From Pseudomonas sp. (GTDB lineage: Bacteria > Pseudomonadota > Gammaproteobacteria > Pseudomonadales > Pseudomonadaceae): DNA of 64,000 nt. Below, in pieces: positions 45,492-56,155 of this stretch (the stretch's first letter is position 1; each line of letters begins with the position of its first letter). The translations under genes and the position numbers were made by a program. The notes beneath the pieces were generated by a model that was not told the DNA's origin, did not search any database, and saw nothing but the letters and a program-made list of their open reading frames with translations. The DNA lies in assembly GCA_032105665.1 (NCBI GenBank), contig DAMCQE010000015.1:549-64548 (forward strand). Reading direction: 5' to 3'.

Positions 45492-45878
45492 ATGAGCAGC
45501 ATCGAAGAACTCAATGCGCAATCGCTCAAGGGGCACTCAGGTCTCAAGCGAATCCTGAGAGCGCTGGGATACTCCATTGCAGGTATCCGTGCTGCGATTG
45601 CCGGCGAAGCTGCCTTCAGACAGCTGCTGCTGCTCAACGCTGTCCTGATACCACTGGCGTTCACGCTCGACGTCAGCCGAATCGAACGCTTGTTATTGGT
45701 GATCGTGCCGTTGTTGACACTGGTGGTCGAGCTCGTCAATTCTGCGATAGAGGCAGCAATCGACCGAATCTCGCTCGAACTGCACCCGCTTTCCAAGAAC
45801 GCCAAGGACATGGGCAGTGCGGCGCAACTGCTGTCGCTGGTGATGGTAGCGGTCACCTGGGTGATGATTCTCTATTGA
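45492..45878 (+). CDS. dgkA: Diacylglycerol kinase (prokaryotic DgkA)
   Basis: GLKRILRALGYSIAG, EAAFRQ, VELVNSAIEAAIDR and AKDMGSAA. Confidence 0.92.
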   Translation: MSSIEELNAQSLKGHSGLKRILRALGYSIAGIRAAIAGEAAFRQLLLLNAVLIPLAFTLDVSRIERLLLVIVPLLTLVVELVNSAIEAAIDRISLELHPLSKNAKDMGSAAQLLSLVMVAVTWVMILY

Positions 45879-45975
45879 GCCTGGCGCTGTAACGTCACGC
45901 TCATGTCGCCCGATCTGCCCATCCGCGCGCTGTGTCAGACAGCTCGCGGATAGGCAGTCATGACCGCCCTGGAAC

Positions 45976-48012
45976 TCAGTCCTTTCTGACGTTCTGATAG
46001 AGCATCAGGCGCGATGCCTCGTGCAGTCCCCGTGTCAGGGCGACGAGTCGCTGGTATTCCTCGGGATACCGGTCGGCTACGTCGACCAGAGGCTCCGGTG
46101 ATGCAATTTCGTGCAGGGTCGGCTGGCTGCCGTCGTGCTGCATCTGCAGAAGAAAGTCCTTGGTCACGCCCCCAATCAGCGGGAACGTGCCTTCGCGGAG
46201 CACGAGTGGAACCACGCGCTCGCCTTCAGGAGCCGGCTGCTGGATGTCGCGTCCCATTGCACCGTTGCGAAACTCCATGCCGGCCATGCCCAGTACGGTC
46301 GGTAGCAGATCGGCCAGACCCACGGCCTCTTCGATCACTCGTGGCTCCAGCAGCTTGGGCGCGTGGATCAGCAACGGAACGTTATTGCTCTCGAGCCCCA
46401 GCTTTTCGTATGCGGGCAGCATGTGCGGAATCTGGGCGATACGCGTGTTGTGGTCGCCAAACATGACGAAGATGGTGTTGTCATACCAGCCGCCTTCCTT
46501 CGCAATCTCCATCAGGCGGCCGATGTTGAAATCCAGAAGGCGGACCGCGTTGTACTGCGCCACGCTGCGGGAGCCCGCGCCTTGTACCTCTTCCAAAGGC
46601 AGATCAAGGGCTTCGAAGCCGTCGTTCTGCTTGGGTATGGTGAACGGGCGATGATTGCCCGCCGTCTGGATATAGGCGAAGAAAGGCTTGCCCTCCCCCT
46701 GCTCTCGCAGCAGCCGGTCACTTTCCTTGAACAGGTCCAGGTCGGAGATTCCCCATACATCCACCATCGGAGAGTTCCAGTGGCGCTCTTCATATAGCTG
46801 GATGTCGTCGATGCTCTGGCGGATAAGGGCATTCATATTGGCCCAGCCGGAATTGCCGCCGATCATGTAGTACTTGTCGTAGCCTTGCAGCGCGTTGACA
46901 AGGCTGTGTTGCCGGGTGATCAGCGGATTGCGCGTCGCGGTTTCCTGCCGGGAAACGTCTGGTACGCCGGATATGCTCGCCCACACGGTCTTCGCGGTGC
47001 CGGTCACGGGAACGTAGAAGTTCTTGAAGAACCAGCTCTGCTTGGCCAGCCGGTCGATATTGGGAGTCGGATTGAGCGGATTGCCATAGGCGCCCACTGC
47101 GGTGGTTCCCAGGGATTCGAGCATGACGAAGACGACATTCGGCCGCTTTCCGTCAATCGCATAGGGTTGAACGCCCTGCTCCCGGCTGAAATTCAGCGTT
47201 TTCGCATCAGGCTGGTCGACGCCCAGGTAATGGCTAACGACATCGTAATGGGCCTCGACCTGTTCCCGGTCATACGGCTGATTGGGGACCTTCAGCGTGT
47301 CATAGAGGAAGATCACCGGATTCAGGCCAAGGGCTGCGATCTGGTTGTCGCCCGAGAAAAACGCATCGCTCCAGCGCAGCGGCACCGGGTTTTCCAGATT
47401 GATATTGTCGACGCGCCCGAGGATGGCGACGAAAACAGCCACCACCATCAGCGCACTACCCCAGATCAGCGAAAGCCGGCTGATTCGCTTTGCCGGACGA
47501 TCCAGCGTGACCCGCTCGAAGCGCAGCAGCAGCCACCACACCAGAGCGGTTGCCGCCGCCCAGCCAACGCTGATCCAGACCACTGGATAGGTTTGCCAGA
47601 CCATATCGGTGGATATCTGCGCGTCCTCCAGAAAGCGCAACACGGTGGCATTGATGCGCACCCCGAGATAGGCGTAGTGGCCAAAATCGATGATGTAGAC
47701 CAGCAGCACTGCACCAAGCGCCAGTGCCAGATAGAGCCGCGCCACCCAGCGAAGGACGCGGGAGCGCGTCAGGTTCCAGACCGGCAGCCACGCCAACAGC
47801 GCGATCGGCAACATCAACAGGATCGCCAGGCGAAGATCGAAACGCAGGCCGATTCCGAGCGTTTCGGGTACGGCTTCGACCGTGCCGAGCGTGCTGGGCG
47901 CCAGTCCGGAAAAACCGACGAAGAAAATCCCGCGTAATGCTGCGAGCGCAATGAACAGAATCCCGACTGCACCGAACCAGTAATGCAGGCGCCGCGACTG
48001 AAGCCAACCCAT
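45976..48012 (-). CDS. LTA synthase/OpgB-like membrane-anchored sulfatase-fold phosphotransferase
   Basis: About 5 N-terminal TMs, then PNVVFVMLESL, a Thr nucleophile region (VTGTAK), TAGNHRPF and FGDH. Confidence 0.85.
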   Translation of the reverse strand: MGWLQSRRLHYWFGAVGILFIALAALRGIFFVGFSGLAPSTLGTVEAVPETLGIGLRFDLRLAILLMLPIALLAWLPVWNLTRSRVLRWVARLYLALALGAVLLVYIIDFGHYAYLGVRINATVLRFLEDAQISTDMVWQTYPVVWISVGWAAATALVWWLLLRFERVTLDRPAKRISRLSLIWGSALMVVAVFVAILGRVDNINLENPVPLRWSDAFFSGDNQIAALGLNPVIFLYDTLKVPNQPYDREQVEAHYDVVSHYLGVDQPDAKTLNFSREQGVQPYAIDGKRPNVVFVMLESLGTTAVGAYGNPLNPTPNIDRLAKQSWFFKNFYVPVTGTAKTVWASISGVPDVSRQETATRNPLITRQHSLVNALQGYDKYYMIGGNSGWANMNALIRQSIDDIQLYEERHWNSPMVDVWGISDLDLFKESDRLLREQGEGKPFFAYIQTAGNHRPFTIPKQNDGFEALDLPLEEVQGAGSRSVAQYNAVRLLDFNIGRLMEIAKEGGWYDNTIFVMFGDHNTRIAQIPHMLPAYEKLGLESNNVPLLIHAPKLLEPRVIEEAVGLADLLPTVLGMAGMEFRNGAMGRDIQQPAPEGERVVPLVLREGTFPLIGGVTKDFLLQMQHDGSQPTLHEIASPEPLVDVADRYPEEYQRLVALTRGLHEASRLMLYQNVRKD

Positions 48013-48086
48013 TGTCCCAACCTCGAATCTATCGAATCGTCAAATAGCGCAGCCGAGCCATCACAGGTCAGCTGGAGTAATTTTCG

Positions 48087-48674
48087 TCACGCGGGCATTG
48101 GCTTGCGCACGAGTGCCCTGCAGGCATAGACGAGCAACGCCCCGCAGCTGAACAAGGCGATGAAGGGGTCTAGCAGATAGTCCCAGTAATTGGGCGACGG
48201 CTTGATCCCCAGGCTGAACGCCAAGGTGGCAAGGCCGAGCATGGAAGCGCCCAGCCAGTTCTTGAGCAGCAGCAATCCCAGGGCAAGCACGCCCACCACC
48301 GCGATCAGCGGGCGGGGGGCGTAACCGAGCTGATAGGGGTCCAGATAGGACAGGCCCATCGTTGCCGGGTAGAGAAAAAGCGCCAGCCCCGCCATCGCGA
48401 TCAACAATTGCACGCGCGCGTTCTGCGGCGGCATCGCCATCAGTCCCAAGCGCACTGCCGCGAAAAATGCCAGCGCCACCAGCGTCGTGATGGCCACGTC
48501 ATCAGTGAAGCTGCGCATGTAGGCGGCCAGTGACAAACCGTCCACAGGAATGAAGCCGATCCCCATCAGGAGGAAAAGGCGAAGCCCTTGAACCCCTCGG
48601 CCGAAGCCAAATCCAGGCGTGACGATGAAAGCGAGTAACCCGAAGGTCAGATGCGCTTGCCAGAGTTCAGGCAT
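48087..48674 (-). CDS. Hypothetical multi-TM membrane protein
   Basis: Hydrophobic 195-aa protein with LYP..MG..DPY and NYWDYLLDP; start overlaps the upstream stop (TGATG). Confidence 0.75.
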   Translation of the reverse strand: MPELWQAHLTFGLLAFIVTPGFGFGRGVQGLRLFLLMGIGFIPVDGLSLAAYMRSFTDDVAITTLVALAFFAAVRLGLMAMPPQNARVQLLIAMAGLALFLYPATMGLSYLDPYQLGYAPRPLIAVVGVLALGLLLLKNWLGASMLGLATLAFSLGIKPSPNYWDYLLDPFIALFSCGALLVYACRALVRKPMPA

Positions 48675-49969
48675 CAGAGCTGCTCCAGTAGCCAGGCATC
48701 ATTGAAGCTGACGTGTTTGATGAATGTGTTGTTCCAGGAATAGACCAGATGGTAGAGACCGTCGGCGCTCCTGATGAAGTAGGGATACTCGTACTCGAAA
48801 TCGCAGCCATGGGTCTTGCAGACACGCTTATCCAGGTTTTTCAGAAACTCGTCCACCAGCGATAGCCGCCGCGGCCCGCTGGAAAGGCGAAACTTGTCGC
48901 CGATGATTTCCCGATATACCTCCGGGGTGAACGGGTTGCCCTCCGGGTCAGGCGATTCGTCCAGGTCAATCACCGGCTTCCAGAGATCGAGGCTCGAGTC
49001 GGTTTCCATCAGGCGAAGACGGAAACGTCCGTCCTCCAGATCATTCAGGGCAACCAACAGGCCATGATTGGGCGTGGCCACCGCTGCGAGCGCGGAATTG
49101 GGGTTGGCCGGGTCGATCGGATAAGGCTTGCTCCAGGTTCTGCCGGCATCCGCGGTGCGGCTGGCGAGCACGCGATGATGGCTGGAGCCTGCATAGCGCA
49201 GCATGGCAACGGCGTGTTGCTCGTCCATCGGCACCACTGTTGGTTGCAGTGAATCGTTGCCTTTGCTGATTCGACTTTTACCAATCACCTCACCGTTCGG
49301 GCTGATGTACAGATACTCGGCGAACTTGCCGAGGAACTCGTGGTAGACGGGTAGCCCTATGGTGCCGTCCTGATGGAATACCGGGGCATTGCGCACCAGT
49401 GTGCTGATGTTCAAGAAGGGGGTGGTGATCAGCTGCCTGGGAGTCGACCAGGTTTTTCCCAGATCATCCGAATACATGGCGTTGATGGCGCTTCCAGCCC
49501 AGCCACCGATCGATACCGACACATAGAACAGCCACAGCCTGTTGTCGGGAGCCAGCGCAATGACCGGATTGCCGAGCTTGCGTATGTGCTTCTGGGTCGC
49601 CTTCTGAGTCGACTCGCGAGTTGCCAGGACCAGTTCCTCGCCCCACTCCGCCGCAATCGCGTCGAATCGCGCGCCGCGCACCTGAACATCCGCAGCCCCT
49701 TCGCGTGAACCGGCAAACCATACGGCCATCAGGCCACCATCCGGCAAGGAGGTCACCGAGGAGGCATGGACAAATTCGTCGAGATCGGAGGATGCGAAGC
49801 GGGTGCTGTAAAACGGCCCCTTGCTGGCGAGCGGCAGAGCATGAGAATTGGCTACAGCGAACCCGGAAACCGCTCGTTCAGGATGAAGCCACCAGGCGGT
49901 AGTGAAAATAGCTGCAAGGGCGATGACAGACAGGCAGGTGGGAAGAAATCCGAACTTTCCATAACTCAT
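48674..49969 (-). CDS. Membrane-anchored BNR/Asp-box beta-propeller (exo-alpha-sialidase-like)
   Basis: N-terminal TM; HASS, WFAGSREG, Asp boxes SDDLGKTWS and TADAGRTWS, and YEYPY. Start 49969 or 49978. Confidence 0.8.
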   Translation of the reverse strand: MSYGKFGFLPTCLSVIALAAIFTTAWWLHPERAVSGFAVANSHALPLASKGPFYSTRFASSDLDEFVHASSVTSLPDGGLMAVWFAGSREGAADVQVRGARFDAIAAEWGEELVLATRESTQKATQKHIRKLGNPVIALAPDNRLWLFYVSVSIGGWAGSAINAMYSDDLGKTWSTPRQLITTPFLNISTLVRNAPVFHQDGTIGLPVYHEFLGKFAEYLYISPNGEVIGKSRISKGNDSLQPTVVPMDEQHAVAMLRYAGSSHHRVLASRTADAGRTWSKPYPIDPANPNSALAAVATPNHGLLVALNDLEDGRFRLRLMETDSSLDLWKPVIDLDESPDPEGNPFTPEVYREIIGDKFRLSSGPRRLSLVDEFLKNLDKRVCKTHGCDFEYEYPYFIRSADGLYHLVYSWNNTFIKHVSFNDAWLLEQL

Positions 49970-50419
49970 ATAAATCATGTCCGTATAAACACATGACGCG
50001 TCCTGCGCGTTGCAAGAAACGACAGGCTCGTATGCCCCAAAAACCGTCGGGGCGTGAAAAAGAAAGTGTATTGATCGGTTTGCTCCGACTTCTGATGGCC
50101 GGGAGTACCGAGCTTGTTTGAGCGGCCGCCGATCATGACCGAGCACCAGGGTCGGAGCAATCACTTGGTGGAGGAAGCCGATCAGCCGCGCTTGATAAAC
50201 GCTTCGCTCAGAAAAATCAGGTGCGACAGAAACCCTCGATGGCTGCAAGTGCAGGCGACGCAATATAGTGTCACAAACATACCTGTGGCAAATTGCTGCA
50301 CCCTCCTCTCCATCGCGCGGCACACAAGCCATGGCCGACCGACAAGTCGACTACGCAGACGTACCGCTGCAGGGCCAGCGGCGTAATATGGCGCATCTCA
50401 ACAGAACGGGAGTTCTCTC

Positions 50420-50926
50420 ATGCTGCTTCGCTTACTGGCCGCTGGTACTTTTGCGGCACTCTGCTTGCCTGCCCTTGCGCAGGAGCACCACAACGACCAT
50501 CAGGCTTCGACACAAGCAGCCACCAGCGAGCTGGCTGTCAGCCAGGCGTGGTCGCGGGCGATGCCGCCCAGCGCTCCGACTGGCGCGGTGTACTTCATAC
50601 TGGAAAATCGTGGTCAGCAGGCACAGCGCCTGATCGGCGCGCAGACCTCACGTGCCGAAAAGACCGAGCTGCACACCCATGTGCATCAGGGCGACATGAT
50701 GAAGATGCAGCAGGTCGAGGCGGTCGACGTGCCCGCAGCTGGCAAGGTGGAGTTCAAGCCGGGTGGCAATCACGTGATGCTGTTCGGGCTCAAGCAGCCG
50801 CTGGTGGCTGGGGAGAGCTTCCCGGTGACGCTGCAATTCGAGGACGGCGGCGAGATCACCACCGAGGTGAGCATCGAGGTAGATGCCCCGGCTGCCGGCG
50901 GTGCTGCGCCAGGGCATCATCACTGA
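50420..50926 (+). CDS. Periplasmic copper chaperone PCu(A)C
   Basis: Signal peptide, ELHTH..MMKM and PGGNHVML; His-rich ends. Confidence 0.9.
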   Translation: MLLRLLAAGTFAALCLPALAQEHHNDHQASTQAATSELAVSQAWSRAMPPSAPTGAVYFILENRGQQAQRLIGAQTSRAEKTELHTHVHQGDMMKMQQVEAVDVPAAGKVEFKPGGNHVMLFGLKQPLVAGESFPVTLQFEDGGEITTEVSIEVDAPAAGGAAPGHHH

Positions 50927-50966
50927 GTGATCTGGCACGCCGCCGCAGGCGGCCGCCAGCATGCGT

Positions 50967-52325
50967 TCAGATCGCCGCCGGTGTGCGCATGGTGACGAAC
51001 TCTTCGGCGGCCGTCGGGTGGATACCCAGCGTGTCGTCGAACACCTGCTTGGTCGCCCCGGCCTTCAGCGCCACGCCCAGCCCCTGCATGATCTCGCCGG
51101 CATCCGGTCCCGCCATATGGCAGCCGAGCACACGGTCGGTCTCAGCATCCACCACCAGCTTCATAAGGCTCCGCTCGAGGCTATCGGTCATGGTCAGCTT
51201 CATCGGCCGGAAACGACTTTCGAAGATCGTTACGTTGTAGCCCTGCTCGCGCGCCTCCTCCTCGGTCAGCCCGACCGTTGCCATGTTCGGCAGACTGAAC
51301 ACCGCGGTCGGGATGGTCGTGTAATCGACCTTGCGATATTGCTCCGGCTTGAATAGCCGCCGCGCCACGGCCATGCCCTCAGCCAGTGCGACGGGTGTCA
51401 GCTGCACGCGACCGATCACGTCGCCAATCGCCAGAATCGAAGACACCGAGGTACGGTATTCATCGTCCACGGCAATGAAACCTCGGGCATCCAGCGCTAC
51501 GCCGGCCTTTTCCAGCCCCAGGTTGTCCAGCATCGGACGGCGGCCTGTCGCGTAGAAGATGCAGTCCGCTTCCAGCATGCGGCCGTCTTCCAGCGTCGCG
51601 AGCAGGCTGCCATCGGCCTGCTTGTCGATATGCACGATGTCGGCGTTGAACTGCAGATCCACGCCCTTCTTGATCATCTCGTCCTTCAGGTGATCGCGGA
51701 GCGAGCCATCGAAACCGCGCAGGAACAATTCACCGCGATAGAGCAGCTTGGTATCGGCACCGCAGCCATGGAAGATCGAGGCGAATTCGACGGCGATATA
51801 GCCACCACCGACCACCAGCACGCGTCGCGGCAAGGATTCGAGGTAGAAAGCTTCATTGGACGTGATGGCGTGCTCACGCCCCGGAATCGCCGGCACGTGG
51901 GGCCAGCCGCCGGTAGCGATCAGGATGTGCTCGGCCGTGTACTGCTTGCCCTCGACTTCGACGGTATGGGCATCGACCAGGCGCGCATGCGCTTGCAGCA
52001 GGGTCACGCCGCTATCCACCAGGATGCTGCGGTAGATGCCGTTCAGTCGCTGGATCTCCCGGTCCTTGTTGGCAATCAGGGTCTTCCAGTCGAAGGTCGC
52101 GCCGTCGATGGTCCAGCCGTAGCCCTGTGCCTGGCCAATGTCTTCGGCGTAATGCGCGCCGTAGACCAGTAGCTTCTTCGGCACACAACCGACGTTGACA
52201 CAGGTACCGCCCAGGTAACGGCTTTCCGCAACCGCCACCTTCGCGCCGAAACCTGCAGCGAAGCGCGCCGCACGCACGCCACCGGAACCTGCACCGATGA
52301 CGAATAGATCGAAGTCGTAAGCCAT
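50967..52325 (-). CDS. gor: Glutathione-disulfide reductase
   Basis: [27 protein letters not shown] and IHPTAAEE. Start placed at ATG 52325. Confidence 0.95.
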   Translation of the reverse strand: MAYDFDLFVIGAGSGGVRAARFAAGFGAKVAVAESRYLGGTCVNVGCVPKKLLVYGAHYAEDIGQAQGYGWTIDGATFDWKTLIANKDREIQRLNGIYRSILVDSGVTLLQAHARLVDAHTVEVEGKQYTAEHILIATGGWPHVPAIPGREHAITSNEAFYLESLPRRVLVVGGGYIAVEFASIFHGCGADTKLLYRGELFLRGFDGSLRDHLKDEMIKKGVDLQFNADIVHIDKQADGSLLATLEDGRMLEADCIFYATGRRPMLDNLGLEKAGVALDARGFIAVDDEYRTSVSSILAIGDVIGRVQLTPVALAEGMAVARRLFKPEQYRKVDYTTIPTAVFSLPNMATVGLTEEEAREQGYNVTIFESRFRPMKLTMTDSLERSLMKLVVDAETDRVLGCHMAGPDAGEIMQGLGVALKAGATKQVFDDTLGIHPTAAEEFVTMRTPAAI

Positions 52326-52396
52326 GTAATGTTGTCTCCTTCTGTAGCGAACAGCATAACCCAGGCTTTCGGCCTGAATCACCGAAGGAGTGCCGC

Positions 52397-52819
52397 ATGC
52401 GCCCTACCCTCACCCACCTGGCTCTGCACGTGCCCGATCTGGACGCCTGTATCGCGTTCTATGAGCGCTTCTGCGGCATGCACGTGTTTCACGAGCGCCC
52501 CGGAAAGGGCTCACGCATCGTCTGGATGGCGGAGCCTGGAAAAGAGCGCGAGTTCATCTTCGTGATGATGCCGGGCGGCAAGGATCGATCACTGGCGATG
52601 GACGACTACAGCCATTTCGGCTTCGCGCTGGCCAGTCGAGAGGAAGTGGATGCGGTTGCCGACCTGGCGCGCAGGGAAGGCTGTCTGATATGGGAGCCGC
52701 GCGACGAACCCTATCCGGTGGGCTACTACTGCGGTTTGCGCGATCCTGCGGGCAACTATGTCGAATTCAGCTACGGGCAGCCGCTTGGACCGGGTGCCGA
52801 GGATATGCCGGAGCCTTGA
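52397..52819 (+). CDS. VOC/glyoxalase family protein
   Basis: [13 protein letters not shown] and [10 protein letters not shown]; gor-VOC-galU synteny. Confidence 0.85.
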   Translation: MRPTLTHLALHVPDLDACIAFYERFCGMHVFHERPGKGSRIVWMAEPGKEREFIFVMMPGGKDRSLAMDDYSHFGFALASREEVDAVADLARREGCLIWEPRDEPYPVGYYCGLRDPAGNYVEFSYGQPLGPGAEDMPEP

Positions 52820-52837
52820 AGCAGGCCCAGAAGTGAC

Positions 52838-52859
52838 TGGGCCACCCTTAGGTGGCCCA
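52838..52859. terminator. Hairpin between the convergent VOC and galU genes
   Basis: TGGGCCACC-CTTA-GGTGGCCCA. Confidence 0.55.
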
Positions 52860-52865
52860 ATTGCT

Positions 52866-53705
52866 TCAGAACGCCTTGCCGGTCAGGTAGAAGTGTTCGT
52901 AGCAGAAGTTGGTCGCCGCGATGTAGCCCTCGGCGCTACCGCAGTCGAAGCGCTGGCCCTTGAACTTGTACGCCAGCACGCAACCATCCTGAGCCTGGCG
53001 CATCAGCGCGTCGGTGATCTGAATCTCACCGCCCTTGCCCGGCTCGGTCTGCTCGATCAGATCGAAGATGTCCGGAGTCAGGATGTAGCGACCGATGATC
53101 GCCATGTTGGACGGCGCATCTTCCGGCTTGGGCTTTTCGACCATGTGGCTGACGCGGTAGATGTCGTCGCGGATCATCTCGCCGGCGATCACACCGTACT
53201 TGCTGGTCTCTTCCGGCGGCACTTCCTGAATGGCAACGATCGAGCAGCGGAACTGGTTGTAGAGCTTGACCATCTGCGCCAGGACCGGATCGCCATTGAG
53301 GTTGATGCAAAGGTCGTCAGCCAGGACCACGGCGAACGGCTCATCGCCGATCAGCGGGCGGCCGCTGAGAATCGCATGCCCCAAGCCCTTCATCTCCACT
53401 TGGCGGGTGTAGGAGAAGCTGCATTCGTCGATCAGGCGGCGAATACCGACCAGGTACTTTTCCTTGTCGGTGTTGCGGATCTGGTGCTCCAGCTCGTAGC
53501 TGATGTCGAAATGGTCTTCCAGCGAGCGCTTGCCACGCCCGGTGACGATCGCGATCTGGTTCAGCCCCGCCGCCAGCGCCTCTTCAACCCCGTACTGAAT
53601 CAGGGGCTTGTTCACCACCGGCAGCATTTCCTTGGGCATGGCTTTGGTTGCAGGAAGAAAACGGGTGCCATATCCGGCAGCGGGAAAAAGGCATTTCTTG
53701 ATCAT
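52866..53705 (-). CDS. galU: UTP-glucose-1-phosphate uridylyltransferase
   Basis: PAAGYGTRFLPATKAMPKEMLP, GLGHA, VEKP and GEIQITDA. Start placed at ATG 53705. Confidence 0.95.
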   Translation of the reverse strand: MIKKCLFPAAGYGTRFLPATKAMPKEMLPVVNKPLIQYGVEEALAAGLNQIAIVTGRGKRSLEDHFDISYELEHQIRNTDKEKYLVGIRRLIDECSFSYTRQVEMKGLGHAILSGRPLIGDEPFAVVLADDLCINLNGDPVLAQMVKLYNQFRCSIVAIQEVPPEETSKYGVIAGEMIRDDIYRVSHMVEKPKPEDAPSNMAIIGRYILTPDIFDLIEQTEPGKGGEIQITDALMRQAQDGCVLAYKFKGQRFDCGSAEGYIAATNFCYEHFYLTGKAF

Positions 53706-54183
53706 GTGAGTCCTTGAAATAAAGGTTCCAGTCGATGCACTGCCATCGAGAACAGCAGCTGCCTTGCGGTGTTGCCCGGCCATGCCGGCGTAGAGCCTAC
53801 GACCATCGTTTTGCAGCGGGGTTCGCAGCGACATTCACGCTCGATGCAGATTATGTGCCTGCCGCTCGGGGGCACTGGTTTCGCTGCTCCGGCGGGTCGC
53901 CACGCTAATGGCGGTCGGGGCGCTCTGTAAAGCCATCTGTCGGTGTTTTTTCACCGTGCCAGTGAGACCGAATAACCGGACGCGCGACCGCGAATACCCA
54001 TAGCCAATGATCATTACACCTTGGTCGCACCTTGCACCGAAAGAGAGCCGGTCGACCCATGACCTGAGTCAGGAAAATGTGCAATTGCACTGTTGTCGGT
54101 CGCCCGAAGCACTTCTCTCGAGTCGAAAAGCAATACCATAGCGCCGCCCAATAATGGCGCATGGCTATCACCTGCGGTTGATT

Positions 54184-54210
54184 TCAAGAATACGCACAGC
54201 ACGCCGATAT
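54184..54210 (+). promoter_or_regulatory. Sigma28 (FliA) promoter of the MCP
   Basis: TCAA-N15-GCCGATAT. Confidence 0.7.
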
Positions 54211-54311
54211 CAGCAGGTGACTGCCTGCTCAATGCTGCGCCGCAAGTATCGGCAGCGCAGCAGTGCTGCAATGGCAGCTGACCCCGCGTGGCAGTAGTAC
54301 TAAGGAAAACC

Positions 54312-55934
54312 ATGAACAACAGCTCCGCCTCCCGACAAATGTCCGTGCAGACAAAGATCAACCTGGCCCTGGTGCTGGTCCTGGTGGCGATCATGTCTGC
54401 CTCGTTGTTCTTCTCTGCCAGTACGGAGAAGCGGCTCGTGCTCCAAGTTGTAGAGCAGCAGACCAAGGATGCCGCCGACTCCTATTTCGATAGCATCAAC
54501 ACCATGATGTTGACCGGCACCATGGCTCAGCGAGAGGTGCTGCGGAACAAGATTCTCGCGCGCCCAGGCGTTATCGATGCGCGCATCATCCGCGGGGAAG
54601 AAGTCACCAAGGTGTTCGGCCCTGGCTATGACCACCAGGCCCCGGCCGACGCGCTGGATCGCCGCGCGCTGAGCGGCGAGGCGATCATCGAGGTCAACAA
54701 GCAGAGCGGTGGCCGTGTGCTGACCGTCATCAATCCCATCCTGGCCCACGCGGACTACCGCGGTACCAACTGCCTGACCTGCCACCAGGTTGGCGAGAAC
54801 ACGGTCATGGGCGCTGTGCGCATCAGCTATGACCTCAAGGCGCTGGACCAGGAAGTCGACCGCAACATCATGATCAGTGGCGGGATTCAGTTGCTGCTGC
54901 TGTTCATCGGCGTGGTGGTCATGTGCCTGACCGTGCGCCACGTCATCATTCGCCGCATCACTGCCATGCGCCACACCATGAATACCATGGCCGAGGACGA
55001 AGACCTCAGCCTTAGCGTCGAAGTGGGTGCGAAGGACGAAATCGGCGCGATGGGCGATGCCTTCAACCGCATGATCGGCAAGTTCCGCCATAGCCTGGAG
55101 GCCGTCGCGGGCGTTACCCATCAGCTCAGTGATGTCTCCGAGCGGGTATCCCATGTTGCAGAGAAGACCCTGGCTGCCGTCAACGAGCAGCGCAGCGAGA
55201 CCGACATGGTCGCCTCGGCGATGAACGAGATGAGCGCGACCGTGCAGGAAGTGGCACGTAATGCCAGCCAGACCGCCACGGCATCGACCGGCGCCGACAA
55301 CGAATCAAAAGCCGGCGTGAAGGTCGCCACTGAGGCACTGGACGGTATCGAAGTGCTGATCGCCGAGATCGAGAAAGCCGCCCAGGTCATCCAGCGGGTC
55401 GAGAGCGACAGCGCCAGCATCGACATGGTGCTCGGCGTGATCAACGGCATCGCCGAGCAGACCAACCTGCTGGCGCTGAACGCAGCCATCGAAGCGGCAC
55501 GCGCCGGCGAACAGGGCCGCGGCTTTGCGGTGGTGGCCGATGAGGTACGTACCCTAGCTTCGCGCACGCAGAAATCCACCGAAGAAATCCAGGCCATGAT
55601 CGAACAGCTGCAAAGCGGCGTTCGCAATGCGGTGCAGGCCATGAGCGAAGCACAACTGCGTGCCCGGTCGGGTTCGCAATGCGTCGAGAAGGCTGCCCAG
55701 AGTCTCGCTGTGATCGCCGACGAAGTCGGCACCATCAACGAGATGAACACCCAGATCGCAACGGCTGCCGAACAACAGAATGCGGTTGCCGAAGAGATCA
55801 ATCGCAACATCACGACCATCAGCCGTATTGCGGACACCACTTCGGCTGACGCATCCCAGACCTCGCAGATCAGCGATGAGCTGGTGCGTCTGGCAACCGA
55901 GCTGAACCGTCTGGTCGGCCAGTTCAAGCTCTGA
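54312..55934 (+). CDS. Methyl-accepting chemotaxis protein with periplasmic CxxCH (heme c) sensor
   Basis: TM1, periplasmic domain containing CLTCH, TM2, HAMP (DEIGAM) and signalling domain ([34 protein letters not shown]). Confidence 0.92.
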   Translation: MNNSSASRQMSVQTKINLALVLVLVAIMSASLFFSASTEKRLVLQVVEQQTKDAADSYFDSINTMMLTGTMAQREVLRNKILARPGVIDARIIRGEEVTKVFGPGYDHQAPADALDRRALSGEAIIEVNKQSGGRVLTVINPILAHADYRGTNCLTCHQVGENTVMGAVRISYDLKALDQEVDRNIMISGGIQLLLLFIGVVVMCLTVRHVIIRRITAMRHTMNTMAEDEDLSLSVEVGAKDEIGAMGDAFNRMIGKFRHSLEAVAGVTHQLSDVSERVSHVAEKTLAAVNEQRSETDMVASAMNEMSATVQEVARNASQTATASTGADNESKAGVKVATEALDGIEVLIAEIEKAAQVIQRVESDSASIDMVLGVINGIAEQTNLLALNAAIEAARAGEQGRGFAVVADEVRTLASRTQKSTEEIQAMIEQLQSGVRNAVQAMSEAQLRARSGSQCVEKAAQSLAVIADEVGTINEMNTQIATAAEQQNAVAEEINRNITTISRIADTTSADASQTSQISDELVRLATELNRLVGQFKL

Positions 55935-56022
55935 CCACTGCGGCGCGGCCTTCCCGGCCGCGCCCGGTACGCATTTCGAATCGCCCAACGGTGCGGTTCG
56001 GAGTGCCGCCGGGGCGCTATTC

Positions 56023-56065
56023 TTGATCTGAGACAGTCGGCGCGCCGGACCGAATCGTCCATAAT
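56023..56065 (+). promoter_or_regulatory. ANR/FNR-type box plus -10 of the hemN promoter
   Basis: TTGAT-N4-GACAG (56023-56036) centred about 30 nt upstream of CATAAT (56060-56065), which fits class II spacing. Confidence 0.55.
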
Positions 56066-56155
56066 CCGCGCCCATGACCTGCCTGAGCCGGACACACCCG
56101 AGGGTGACACCGCGTTCCGCGCCGGACTCCGAATTCAACCTTAGGTAAAACGAAC

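Noticed and set aside
50054..50070. ColR-like box (..CTTTTTCAC on the minus strand) upstream of the BNR operon
   Set aside because: Only the right half matches and the spacing is off by one, which is too weak to call.
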